A DNA stretch of 64,000 bases, from positions 1 to 64,000 of the forward strand of contig NIVC01002689.1 of the NCBI GenBank assembly GCA_002269645.1, given 5' to 3'. Position 1 is the stretch's first letter. Every line of letters begins with the position of its first letter. The stretch is from Macrostomum lignano. Lineage: Eukaryota. A program made the position numbers and the translations under genes. Positions 52,701-64,000 of the stretch are shown piece after piece. Below the pieces are notes generated by a model that worked only from the letters and a program-made list of their open reading frames with translations, made no database searches and was not told the origin of the DNA.

Positions 52701-54238
52701 TTTTGGTTTCACAGTAAACAGTAGACCTAGTCATGATACATGGTATAGTCAAAATAAATAATAGGAACAATTGCTGCTATATAAACAAATGCCAAAGTAA
52801 GGACTTAAGAGTTATTACAATAACACTTGGAGTTGTTACAATAAAAAAGTGGAGTCATAACTATACATTCGAACTCAGTACTGACTGAATTTCAGGAAGA
52901 CATTCTAAAATCAAACTAGTATACCTTGCTAGAAAAGATACGCAGAGTGGCATATAAATTCACGCAGCTCAGGCTGCTCAGCCAGTAGCAGACAAATAAC
53001 TTCAGTTTTATTTATCCAGTACCAGACGAATAATAGTTACATTATTCATCCAATACCAGACGAATAGTCACTGCCTATTTAGATCAACAAGACAAGATAG
53101 CTTCTAATCCCTAGGCCTAATTGAAATGTAAAGCTGCATCGTCAAATTACTTCTTTATGTAAGTCAACTAAACTATAAGGTTAGGGCCTACAAAGTAAGG
53201 CTGGCCCGGCTGTGTTTTTAATAAGGCTTAAACTGAAAGGCTAGGGCTAGCCTGGATAGGCTAGGCATACACTACACTACACCTTAGCCCTTAGGCGCGC
53301 TAGGCCTTAGTCCTACATTTATTATGTCCCAAAAAACACGTTAATTTAAGGAAACAAGACTGTCTAGGTTATTGTGCAGTTATATGACGAACAGTTAGCT
53401 TTGTATTTAATAGTTAGCTTTACATCATAAAAAAACGGTCTGAGCAACATCTAACTAAAGGACGTCATTTTGTTTCTACCTTTTTCTGAACTTTTCTTAA
53501 ATCGAAAAATTTAAATGTACGCTTTAAGTTCCTTGTAATATAAATATCAGGATATCTATGTGTTTCTAAGCTAAATATGTACACTTAGGAAGTTTTTATT
53601 AGTTTTTATTTATAAATTTACCTTTTAGTAAAGTTATTACAAATTAAGTTTGTTAAACTATACATTTAAAATTTTAAAGAATCTTAGAAAAAGAAATAGG
53701 CCAATTTTTATACAACAGGCAGGCGACGTTTAGGCCTACGTAAGAGCCTAATCAATGGCTGAGGCGCCGAATACTTATTACTGTTACTGTTTAGGCCTAC
53801 ACGTTTTTTATGTGCCACTGCCTGCTGCACCGCACTTTCGTCTGCTAATATTATGGGGAGCAGAGCCATCTCCGGTGGCGATTTCGTCTACCGTAACAAT
53901 TTAATCTAACATGTGTCATTTTGTCTTTATGAAAAATTACAGGGAAAAGCTTGTCAGGCAAATATTGACAGGAAAATTTCTTGTAAACAAATCTTAGTGA
54001 GCAATTTGTTGACAGAAATTCTCACATCACACATTGGTATTCATATATGTAAATTATCTATCAGCCTAAATTTTCTGAAATTGATTGTGTAGGCCCTACC
54101 TACTGGCATAGGTAAAATAAAGATTTTTTAGTTATAAATTAAAATTATTTAGAGATTTTTTTAGATTGGCCTATATGGAAATGTCAACCTATCTAAACTT
54201 CCTTGCTTATTCTGTCCTGCCCCTTAGTTGTATTGTAT

Positions 54239-55095
54239 GGTGCGCGGTCATTTCGTCTGCCGCCTTTTCGTCTGCCGGCAGACGAAACGACTTTTTAAAA
54301 TAAGCAGCAAAATAAGTTTTATAAATAGATGAAATTAATTTATAGTTTATTTTAATAGTTAGAATTTATAAGTTATTTTCAGATTTAGAATTAGATGTAG
54401 TCTTTGTATTTTTTATTTTGCTTATTGCAATTTTCCAAGAAATACAATTATCCGTATATAAGCTTTAATTGAATCTATGTAGTGAGCTGTGAATGGGATT
54501 TATAATTATTATAACCGGAAGTCAAATAATTCAAGCATTTACTTCGTATTTCAATCAAATTTTTATGGACAACTGCATCGTTTGCTATCATGTTGTTCAT
54601 ATTATTCATATTATTCTTTTATACAGTAACATGTATATATTCTTACTGCCGCTATACACTTTGTGCATTTAAATACACTGAATCTTCGGTATTGTCCAAT
54701 ACAAAGTAAACGAATTCTGATAAGTAAAATAATTCTAACTCGACTAATTGCTTTTGAGCTTTGAAGCTTTGAGACGGTTAAGATATAGTATGCATGGCGT
54801 CATGCCATATCATGACAAAAATGCATTGAATTCGTTCAATTGCGTAGTTTATTAAATATAAACAAAAATATTCAGAAATTACTCGTTTAAGTCATTACTA
54901 CTAAGAAATGTTCCCGATATCTTAATCACTGACACTGTTATCTCAAATATCTCAAATCTCACATTAATGACAATAACTGACATACTTACACTTATTAAAA
55001 CTTTACTATTCATTGGCAGACGAAACGACTGTATTGTATTCTTGCAGACGAAAGGGTGGCAGACGAACTGGCGGCAGACGAAACGACCGTCAACC
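54239..55095. mobile_element. MITE family C with ~40-bp TIRs built of TTCGTCTGCC subrepeats and an 8-9-bp TSD
   Basis: Left GGTGCGCGGTCATTTCGTCTGCCGCCTTTTCGTCTGCC; right GGCAGACGAACTGGCGGCAGACGAAACGACCGTCAACC; TATTGTAT(G) on both sides. Confidence 0.8.
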
Positions 55096-57392
55096 TATTG
55101 TATGATACATTGGTACCCTCTTGCTGTTGCAGCTTGCAGTGTTGCCTTAGGCTTAGGGGGCCTACCTAGTACTTGTGCTATGCTAGGGTTGATAGTGATT
55201 TTTGCCTGCTACATTTTGTTTGCCATATTATTGTCTACTAATATTAATATTTATAAAGAATCATTTTATCTGCTAGGCAATTTGGTCACTTTGTCTGCCA
55301 TAAAAATTTTCAGATTTTCAATTCAGGCTAAGCTAATGACAATGTCTACAGTATTGGAGTTAGCATATAGGGAATGTTAGGCATATAGCATTCCAAATCC
55401 AAGTATGGCCTAATGCAATTTTAATCTAGTACAATATTAATTTGTTATAAATAAAATCTGTGTTTTTTAAAGTTAGAAATCCAGTTGCCAATGGCTAGGC
55501 CTATTTTTGGTTGTAGGCTAGGCCTATTGGCAACTAGCCAAATTCTCAAGAATAGATATTTCCAAGGCTCATTGACATTAAACATGTATGCAATAAACTA
55601 AGCCCCTATATTATTGTGGGAATAAGACTGTCTAGGACTTATTATTAGGACCTAACATTGTCAATTTTTGCTATTTAATAGGGCCTAGGCCCTACTTAAG
55701 CCTTAAGCCTCTAATGCCAAAAATCTAAAAAATCCTACATGGCCCAAGAACCCAGACTATATAGCTACTTGCCTTGTCTCACCTTGCTCCTTATCCACAC
55801 CTTACCTTGCTCTAACCTGCCTTTGCCTTGCTTTAGGGCCTACCTTGCCTAGCCTTTGAATTCTGCCCTATTTTTTTCTATCTAATTCCAAAAACCAAGG
55901 CTAATTTTTTCTTACATTTTCTATTTAAAAGCCAGCTATCTTTCTAACTATGGATTAGAATAGATAATAACATAGTAAAATATTAAATATTATAGTCTAG
56001 ACTATAGCTTATATTTTTTGGAGAGATATTTATTTAAAAACATTGTATTTGTTTCCAATTTTATGATATATATTTTGTTAAACTATAAAGTCTACTCTTT
56101 CTATAAGTTTTAATTTTCTATTTTATGTCCTACTTTTTTTTCTTTAGTAAGTTGCATATTATTATCATTTAATTCTCCATTTATTTAAAAAAAGTTTTCT
56201 TTCATTTTTTATCAAAATGTAACTTTATTTTATAAATGCCAAACCTAAACTTGTGCTATTTTTTATATATCAACTTTGTCTATATATAAACAAATGCATG
56301 ATTTTAAATTTTTGCCAAGTATATGCCAAGAATATTATTAAAAAAATATATATAATTTTCTAATATAAAGGCCACTTTTTAGACTGTAGATTAGGTATAT
56401 ATAATACAAGTATTACTAATTGTGAAATAATAGGCTACTATATTATTAAATAGGCCCTATGTTATATTACATTGGCAATACTTGTATAGGCTTCTAGCAT
56501 ATGAATATACTATATAAATAAATAAGTAACTATTTGTCTCCATAGTAACAATAATATCTAGTTTATTATTAGTATTTAATATCAAACAAGCTATTGAAAT
56601 CCATAGATTATGAACCCAATTAATTCTAATCTCTGGACCTATTTTTGCAAAAAAATAAATTTAAAGTCATCCTTATACTGAAACAGAAATTGTTAGAATT
56701 AAAGTTTAAAAATGGAATAAATTTTTGTTAAATAAGATTTGATTCAAGTATTGATCTTGTTGGCTAAGGTGCTATATAGAATATCTATTTAAATATTTAA
56801 GTTTTAAAGGCCCTTGGCTATTTTGCAATAAATTTATATTAGCACTTAATGATAATTCCAATCCCAAATCCAACCTGGCTTTGCTAGAATTTCCTATTGT
56901 GTGACAATCTATAATTTGGTGCCAGTCATTAGTTAGAAAGATTGTTCTGCACACATTGGAATATATTTTCTTAAAACCCAAGTTACATTGATATACATGT
57001 GCAGTCTCTAAAATTACACTGGCCAAGTTTTGTGACCTACCAAAAAAAACAAATTTTGATACATATTTTACAACTTATTACACTAAAGCAATGCAGAGTT
57101 AAGTGTCTTGCTTAAGAACACAAATCATTCTAAGTGGGTTGAGAATTGAACCCCTGACTTTCCAGTCATGAGTCAGATACTCTAACTACTAATCTAAAAC
57201 TCCTGGCAGTTTATTTTGGTTCATTGTTTTCTTTTTAAGGTCACAAATGAAAAAAGAAAAACTTGAAAAATGAACCAATAAAAGTGCATTGAAAGTAATT
57301 AAGAAATCATTTAATTTCATGCTGACATCAGTCAGTGAGTAAAACAATCTTGCAAGCAATATAAGAAGACTGAAGTCCAACATCAAGCAAGC

Positions 57393-57608
57393 ATGGTGCA
57401 GTACGGTGGCAAGTACAGTCTGCCTAGGATGATTCTGCGTCGGATTCCTGGCATTTATAAGCCTTTGCTGCTATCTGTGGGAGTCTCAGTGCTTTACTAT
57501 TATGTAGTGCACAAGCCCTATAGGCAGCATTTCGCTTACATTAAAGGTCAAACGGCACTGTACAGGAATCGAAAGGTGCCAGAAGGAGAAGATCCCTGGC
57601 ACTATTGA
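57393..57608 (+). CDS. 71-aa single-TM protein, tentatively NDUFB1 (complex I MNLL)-like
   Basis: ATG start, GC-richer than its flanks, one hydrophobic stretch (LLLSVGVSVLYYYVV). C-terminal KGQTALYRNRKVPEGEDPW recalls NDUFB1 RNKSMLFKRELQPSEEVTW. ATTAAA ~25 nt after the stop. Confidence 0.55.
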   Translation: MVQYGGKYSLPRMILRRIPGIYKPLLLSVGVSVLYYYVVHKPYRQHFAYIKGQTALYRNRKVPEGEDPWHY

Positions 57609-58569
57609 TTTATTGACAACTTCGTAATCGATTAAATAGAATTACCCTTTAAACTGTGGACACCTTTGTTTTAGGATAGGAATCCTTTTAAAAAATTTAG
57701 CAACTAGAAATTGTAGAGTTTTTGTAGCTTTTCCGGGTGTTCTTTTTCCGGCGTCCTATCAATGGTAGAATTACTATTACAACTACATATTCTGTTTACT
57801 ATATTGCTTGTATTGCCTGCTTAAAACAGTAAATAAATGTTGGAAAAATTTCACCACCTTGAGTTAATTTCAAATCATTGTTTGTGTTTGTTTTGCCACA
57901 TTTTAGTTACATGTAGTTTTCGTAGTACTCTTGAGGTTACCCAGCTTAGTAGAATGATTATAGATGCGACATTTTATTACTTACTTACTAATGGGGGGCG
58001 CAGGCGTCGCGATTAGGCCTCGAGGTCCTTATTGCAGGATTTTAGTCGGGAGCTTTGCAGACGAGGCATCGGTGACCCTCATCTGGCCGTTATTTCGGAC
58101 GAAGGTCACGGATGTTGTCCGGGGTGGGGTAGTCAAGTCGTCCATCCTCTAAAGTACTGAAGGTGACGTCATGCTCTGCAGTCTCCTCTCTTCTATATGC
58201 CACAGAAAGGATCGGTGGGAGGGCAACCGGTTTGCGACGAGATATGTCTCTGGAAGAATCCATGGCCGGTTAGGACCATGCGCATCTCCCTGAGATTGGT
58301 TCTGTTAAGTGAGATCAGATATTCAGAGACTTCCCGGTTCAGGTCTGCCTATAGTCAGTGCAACTGCTCCAGTGGAGCTGGTGTTGCTGGTAGAGCCACC
58401 TGTTAAAATGGGTTGTGATTTGCGACCTAGGCGTGGGTAGCCTCATCAGACGGTGATTGCCGTCTTGGTTTGCCCTGCCCTCCTTGGCGAGTAAATCCAT
58501 TTATATTTATTGACATGTTATCAGCATGTATCTATCTATTTATTGCATGTGTTTATTGCAAGAGAAAAA

Positions 58570-61500
58570 ATGGCGCGAGCTCACCGAAGCGACGAAGGAG
58601 GCTTAGACGAGGACATGAAAAACATCGAATTTGAAACGTCCGAAGATGTCACCATTGCTGTTAGCTTCGAGGATATGAAGCTGAAACCGGAACTGTTGCG
58701 CGGTATTTACGCGTACGGCTTCGAACGGCCATCGGCTATACAGCAGAGAGCTATTAAACAGATTGTTAGCGGCCGTGATGTTATCGCTCAGGCTCAGAGT
58801 GGCACCGGTAAAACGGCTACTTTCTCCATTTCGGCTCTGCAGGTGATCGATACGCAGACTAGGGAGACTCAGGTGCTCATAATGGCGCCTACTAGAGAGC
58901 TGGCCTCGCAGATTCAGAAGGTAAATTGCAAATGCTGTTAGTTGCTGCTCATAGTACTGAATATGCAAGTCTGTTATTAAAATATATACGATTAGTCAGT
59001 GAATCTACAAGATGAGAATAGAGATAGGTACTATAGATTAAGGGAATAGGTCTTAGAGCGGATTATAGATTAAGAGAATGGGGGATTAGAGTGGATTATA
59101 TATTACCAGAATGAGGCTTGTAGATTAGGAGTGGATTGTAGATTAGGAGCATGAGGCTTAGAGTGGATTGTAGATTAGGAGCATGAGGCTTAGAGTGGAT
59201 TGTAGATTAGGAGCATGAGACTTAGAGTGGATTGTAGATTAGGAGCATGAGGCTTAGAGTGGATTGTAGATTAGGAGCATGAGGCTTAGAGTGGATTGTA
59301 GATTAGGAGCATGAGGCTTAGAGTGGATTGTAGACTAGGAGCACGAGGCTTAGAGTGGATTGTAGATTAGGAGAATGAGGCTTAGAGTGGATTGTAGATT
59401 AGGAGCATGAGGCTTAGAGTGATTGTAGATTAGGAGCATGAGGCTTAGAGTGGATTGTAGATTAGGAGCATGAGGCTTAGAATGGATTGTAGACTGGGAG
59501 CACGAGGCTTAGAGTGGATTGTAGATTAGGAGAATGAGGCTTAGAGTGGATTGTAGATTAGGAGCATGAGGCTTAGAGTGGATTGTAGATTAGGAGAATG
59601 ATGCTTAGTGGGATTACTGATCGAGATCTGTGGGGTTATAAAGCCGTATTATGGTTTTAGAAGATGCGTATCGGAGCGGAGCTCACAAAACTGCCTTTCA
59701 AAACAAATTCAAACCCTGTTAAGGTGGTGCTAGCCATCGGCGACTACATGAACGTTCAATGCCACGCCTCCTACGGCGGTACAAACGTTGGCGAGGATAT
59801 GCGCAAGTTGGACTACGGCCAGCACATTGTTGCCGGCACTCCCGGTCGCGTGTTGGACATGATTCGCCGGCGGAACCTCCGAACTCGGGCTATTCGAATG
59901 CTAATCTTGGACGAGGCCGACGAAATGCTTGATAAAGGATTTAAGGAGCAAATTTACGATGTATATCGCTATTTGCCACCTGGGACTCAGGTGAAAATTT
60001 TTGGTTAAATGTGCACAGAAATATGGCTAAAATATGTACACTTCTGCCTAGTCCCGATGTACACATACGAGTACACACGCCTCCCAACCCCATTCCGTCT
60101 ACCCCCAGTGTACACACGCCTCCCAACCCCATTCCGTCTACCCCCAGTGTACACACGCCTCCCAACCCCATTCCGTCTACCCCCAGTGTACACACGCCTC
60201 CCAACCCCATTCCGTCTACCCCCAGTGTACACTCGCCACTCAACCCCATTCTGTCTAGCCCCAATGTACACACGCCTCCCAACCCCATTCTGTCTAGCCC
60301 CAATGTCCACTCGCCTCCCAACCCCATTCCGTCTAGCCCCAGTGTACACACGCCTCCCAACCCCATTCCGTCTACCCCCAGTGTACACTCGCCACTCAAC
60401 CCCATTCTGTCTAGCCCCAATGTACACACGCCTCCCAACCCCATTCTGTCTAGCCCCAATGTCCACTCGCCTCCCAACCCCATTCCGTCTAGCCCCAATG
60501 TCCACTCGCCTCCCAACCCCATTCCGTCTAGCCCCAATGTACACTCGCCTCCCAACCCCATTCTGTCTAGCCCCAATGTCCACTCGCCTCCCAACCCCAT
60601 TCTGTCTAGCCCCAATGTCCACTCGCCTCCCAACCCCATTCCGTCTAGCCCCAATGTACACACGCCTCCCAACCCCATTCCGTCTAGCCCCAATGTATGC
60701 ACGCCTCCAACCCCCATATTCCGTCTAGCCCCAATGTACACACGCCTCCCAACCCCATTCCGTCTAGCCCCAATGTATGCACGCCTCCAACCCCCATATT
60801 CCGTCTAGCCTTAATGTACACTCGCCACTCAACCCCATTCTGTCTAGCCCCAATGTATGCACGCCTCCCAACCCCCATATTCCGTCTAGCCTTAATGTAC
60901 ACTCGCCACTCAACCCCATTCTGTCTAGCCCCAATGTATGCACGCCTCCCAACCCCCATATTCCGTCTAGCCTCAATGTACACTCGCCACTCAACCCCAT
61001 TCTGTCTAGCCCCAATGTACACTCGCCACTCAACCCCATTCTGTCTAGCCCCAATGTATGCACGCCTCCCAACCCCCAAATTCCGTCTAGCCTTAATGTA
61101 CACTCGCCACTCAAACCCATTCCGTCTGGCCCCAATGTACACACGCACCTCAAAATTCCATTTCAATCAGATAATAGTACATTCTTATTAACTTTACTCT
61201 AACCCCAATGCTTAGGTGGTCCTCGTAAGTGCCACTCTGCCGCACGAGATCCTTGAGATGACATCAAAATTCATGAGCAATCCAGTTCGCATCCTGGTGA
61301 AACGCGACGAGCTTACCCTGGAGGGTATTCGACAATTCTTTGTTGCCGTCGAACGCGAAGAGTGGAAATACGACACGCTTATTGACCTGTACGGCACCAT
61401 GACTATCTCGCAGGCCGTGATCTTTTGCAATACGAAGCGCAAGGTTGAATGGCTTGCCGAGAAGATGTTGGTAAGCTGTTAAAGTGAATGGCTGCTAATT

Positions 61501-62692
61501 TTGCTTTGCTCAGGTAGTTTGCAAAGGGCTTTGGGGCCTGCCGAAATTTCGTACGCTTTTTCCTTCAATTGTCTGTCTACCACATCTTCCTCCATCAGTT
61601 GCCTGTCACTTCCGTTTCTTTTTGTCCATCAGTTGCCTGTCACTTCCGTTTCTTTTTGTCCATCAGTTGCCTGTCACTTCCGTTTCTTTTTGTCCAGTTG
61701 TCTGTCACTTCCGTTTCTTTTTGTCCATCAGTTGCCTGTCACTTCCGTTTCTTTTTGTCCATCAGTTGCCTGTCACTTCCGTTTCTTTTTGTCCATCAGT
61801 TGTCTGTCACTTCCGTTTCTTTTTGTCCATCAGTTGCCTGTCACTTCCGTTTCTTTTTGTCCATCAGTTGCCTGTCACTTCCGTTTCTTTTTGTCCATCA
61901 GTTGCCTGTCACTTCCGTTTCTTTTTGTCCATCAGTTGCCTGTCACTTCCGTTTCTTTTTGTCCATCAGTTGTCTGTCACTTCCGTTTCTTTTTGTCCAT
62001 CAGTTGCCTGTCACTTCCGTTTCTTTTTGTCCATCAGTTGTCTGTCACTTCCGTTTCTTTTTGTCCATCAGTTGCCTGTCACTTCCGTTTCTTTTTGTCC
62101 ATCAGTTGCCTGTCACTTCCGTTTCTTTTTGTCCATCAGTTGCCTGTCACTTCCGTTTCTATTTGTCCATCAGTTGCCTGTCACTTCCGTTTCTATTTGT
62201 CCATCAGTTGCCTGTCACTTTCGTCTCTCTTTGTCCATCAGTTGCCTGTCACTTTCGTCTCTCTTTGTCCATCAGTCGTCTGTCACTCCATCTCTAGCCC
62301 ATCGGCGTGCTAATTCCTCTCAATCCGAACCGCAACGCACCAACCCGCAGGAGGCGAACTTCACAGTCTCCATGATGCACGGCGACATGCCGCAGAAGGA
62401 GCGCGAAGCAATTATGAAAGACTTTCGCGCCACAGTTACCCGCCTGCTAATTACCACCGACGTGTGGGCTCGCGGCATCGATGTCAAGCAGGTGTCTCTG
62501 GTCATTAATTACGATCTGCCTAATAATCGCGAGCTCTACATTCATCGAATTGGTCGATCTGGTCGATTCGGCCGCCGTGGAGTCGCTATTAGCTTTGTGA
62601 AAACTGACGACATCAAAATTCTGCGAGATATTGAGCAGTACTACTCAACCCAGATTGACGAGATGCCAATGAACGTTGCCGATCTTATCTGA
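58570..62692 (+). CDS. EIF4A3: Eukaryotic initiation factor 4A-III (DEAD-box helicase of the exon junction complex), 404 aa
   Basis: Exons 58570-58920, 59724-59990, 61216-61470 and 62351-62692, all phase 0. [26 protein letters not shown]; eIF4A3-type [16 protein letters not shown] and C-terminus [12 protein letters not shown]. Confidence 0.97.
59085..59605. repeat. 32-bp minisatellite in eIF4A3 intron 1
   Basis: (GAGGCTTAGAGTGGATTGTAGATTAGGAGCAT)n. Confidence 0.94.
60065..61140. repeat. 39-40-bp minisatellite in eIF4A3 intron 2
   Basis: (CCCCAGTGTACACACGCCTCCCAACCCCATTCCGTCTAC)n variants. Confidence 0.95.
61595..62285. repeat. 34-bp pyrimidine-rich minisatellite in eIF4A3 intron 3
   Basis: (CCATCAGTTGCCTGTCACTTCCGTTTCTTTTTGT)n. 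Confidence 0.95.
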
Positions 62693-63682
62693 ACGCACGA
62701 GCCCGTGTCTCTGTGCGTGAACTTTGACCAACCAGCTAATAAAATCTTTTTAAATCTCGTTTTTTAACAGAAATTAAAGTGGACAAATTTCATTGCCGCA
62801 ACGCACTACTTACACTGTTAGTAATAAAAGTAGTTTAATAAGTAGTAAAAGCATCTTTTTTGAGGCATTTTTAAAAAAAACGCGTGCGTTTTTACTAGGT
62901 AGTTGGTTTGCGATAACTTATAGGCCTGTCATCGCGTTTTATTAACATTTTAACAACTATTCGTGTTAGTAAAGTTTTTGTTGAAGCCCTGTTGTATGTA
63001 CTGCTAATTATTAATTAATGATAATTTGACAAGTCCTGTCCGGCATATAGGTAACTTTTTGCATTCAAATGAACCGGTTCAATCTGCAGCAAATTGTCCG
63101 ACAGGCAAAACAATAAAACATGCTTGTGTTTGTCTGTGCTTACTGTAATTAAGTTTCTTTATCACTGTTTTTATGGTGCAACAAGTGTCTGGTTAATTTT
63201 ATTTATTTTGAGCAGTTTAGTAAGGATAGTATTGGAAAACTCATTGTTCAGGCAATTGACCAAAAACATTCACCACCACCTTCTATCCTTAAGAAGTAGC
63301 TTCCCTTTCTATCCTTAGATTCTATGCTTTCAAGTTTAAATTAGGATAAAAATAGTAATTTAAATAAATATAGACCTGTACAAAAGAAACATCCATCTTT
63401 TCCTTTGGCCAGAAGAACATATTATTGATACATATCGGTCGGCTTCTTCCTAAAAAACTTAGACATATTTTCGACGCTTTTTCTTTAAGTAAGTAAAACG
63501 TAGTTTCGATACATATCGGCTTTTTCTTTAAGTAGGTGAAATGTAGTTTGAAACTTTGTGAAACTTTTTTAATGCAAATGTGCAATTTTTATTAAGGGTA
63601 GCTAAACACGTATTCAATAAGTATGTGCGATTTTTCCTTAGTCTAGTTAAACATTTTCGATACATATCGGCCCACTGGCTAC

Positions 63683-64000
63683 ATGCAGACATCGCGTCGA
63701 GAAGAATTGATGCCGTCTTCTCCAGTATCTCCGGCCGCTGCTGCAGCAGCTGCTGATTCTTCAAGCGCCTGCGCTAGCAACGATGACGATACGTTGCATT
63801 ACTTCAGAAAACTGCTCAAAGAATGTCGAGTAGACGAAGACTACGACGAATATTTGGCCGACACTGGCCTCGGACAACAATCGCCGCTTCGGCCAGTGGC
63901 TGACAGTCTGTCCGGCCAGTTGATGAACAAACTCTGGTTGAGCGTGTCGCCTCAATTAGTTCCGCCGGAGATTGAGGAGCACAGAGCTACCAGACTGCCA
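63683..64000 (+). CDS. Start of an unknown protein, open to the window edge
   Basis: ATG at 63683; 106 stop-free codons MQTSRREELMPSSPVSPAAAAAAADSS...RATRLP in a GC-rich island. Confidence 0.55.
   Translation, partial: MQTSRREELMPSSPVSPAAAAAAADSSSACASNDDDTLHYFRKLLKECRVDEDYDEYLADTGLGQQSPLRPVADSLSGQLMNKLWLSVSPQLVPPEIEEHRATRLP

Noticed and set aside
54967-55380. 137-aa ORF overlapping the MITE end
   Set aside because: AT-rich, spans a TIR, no coding signature.
58420-58460. CUGAUGA hammerhead-like core on the minus strand (58449-58442)
   Set aside because: The stem is followed by UAGG rather than GAAA, so the core is incomplete.
59085-59605. TTAGG-like motifs suggesting interstitial telomere repeats
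   Set aside because: The unit is a 32-bp minisatellite, not a TTAGGG/TTAGG array.
59941-62313. Many long periodic ORFs on both strands within eIF4A3
   Set aside because: Intronic 39-bp and 34-bp minisatellites.

Overview
Eukaryotic (animal, probably invertebrate) genomic DNA with GC-rich exons and AT-rich introns packed with minisatellites; the species cannot be determined from the sequence. Genes, with exons reconstructed by hand from GT-AG sites and frame continuity: a partial dynamin/mitofusin-like P-loop protein (-), DNAJC3/P58IPK (-) with two paralogous alternative last exons, an uncharacterised NHL/beta-propeller-like gene (-), CYLD deubiquitinase (-), a DNAJB6-like J-protein (-), a 71-aa NDUFB1-like membrane protein (+), eIF4A3 (+), and an unknown ORF running off the right edge. 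The dominant feature is a 17.9-kb head-to-tail tetramer of a very young, very compact Ty3/Gypsy (Mag-like) LTR retrotransposon. It has four gag-pol units sharing five 358-bp LTRs, bounded by one 5-bp TSD (GACTC). It sits in sense orientation inside a 29-bp minisatellite in a CYLD intron. Its Gag start codon overlaps the tRNA primer-binding site. Also present: several MITE families with TIRs/TSDs, a foldback-like inverted-repeat element filling another CYLD intron, and a dispersed ~130-bp intronic element shared by two genes.
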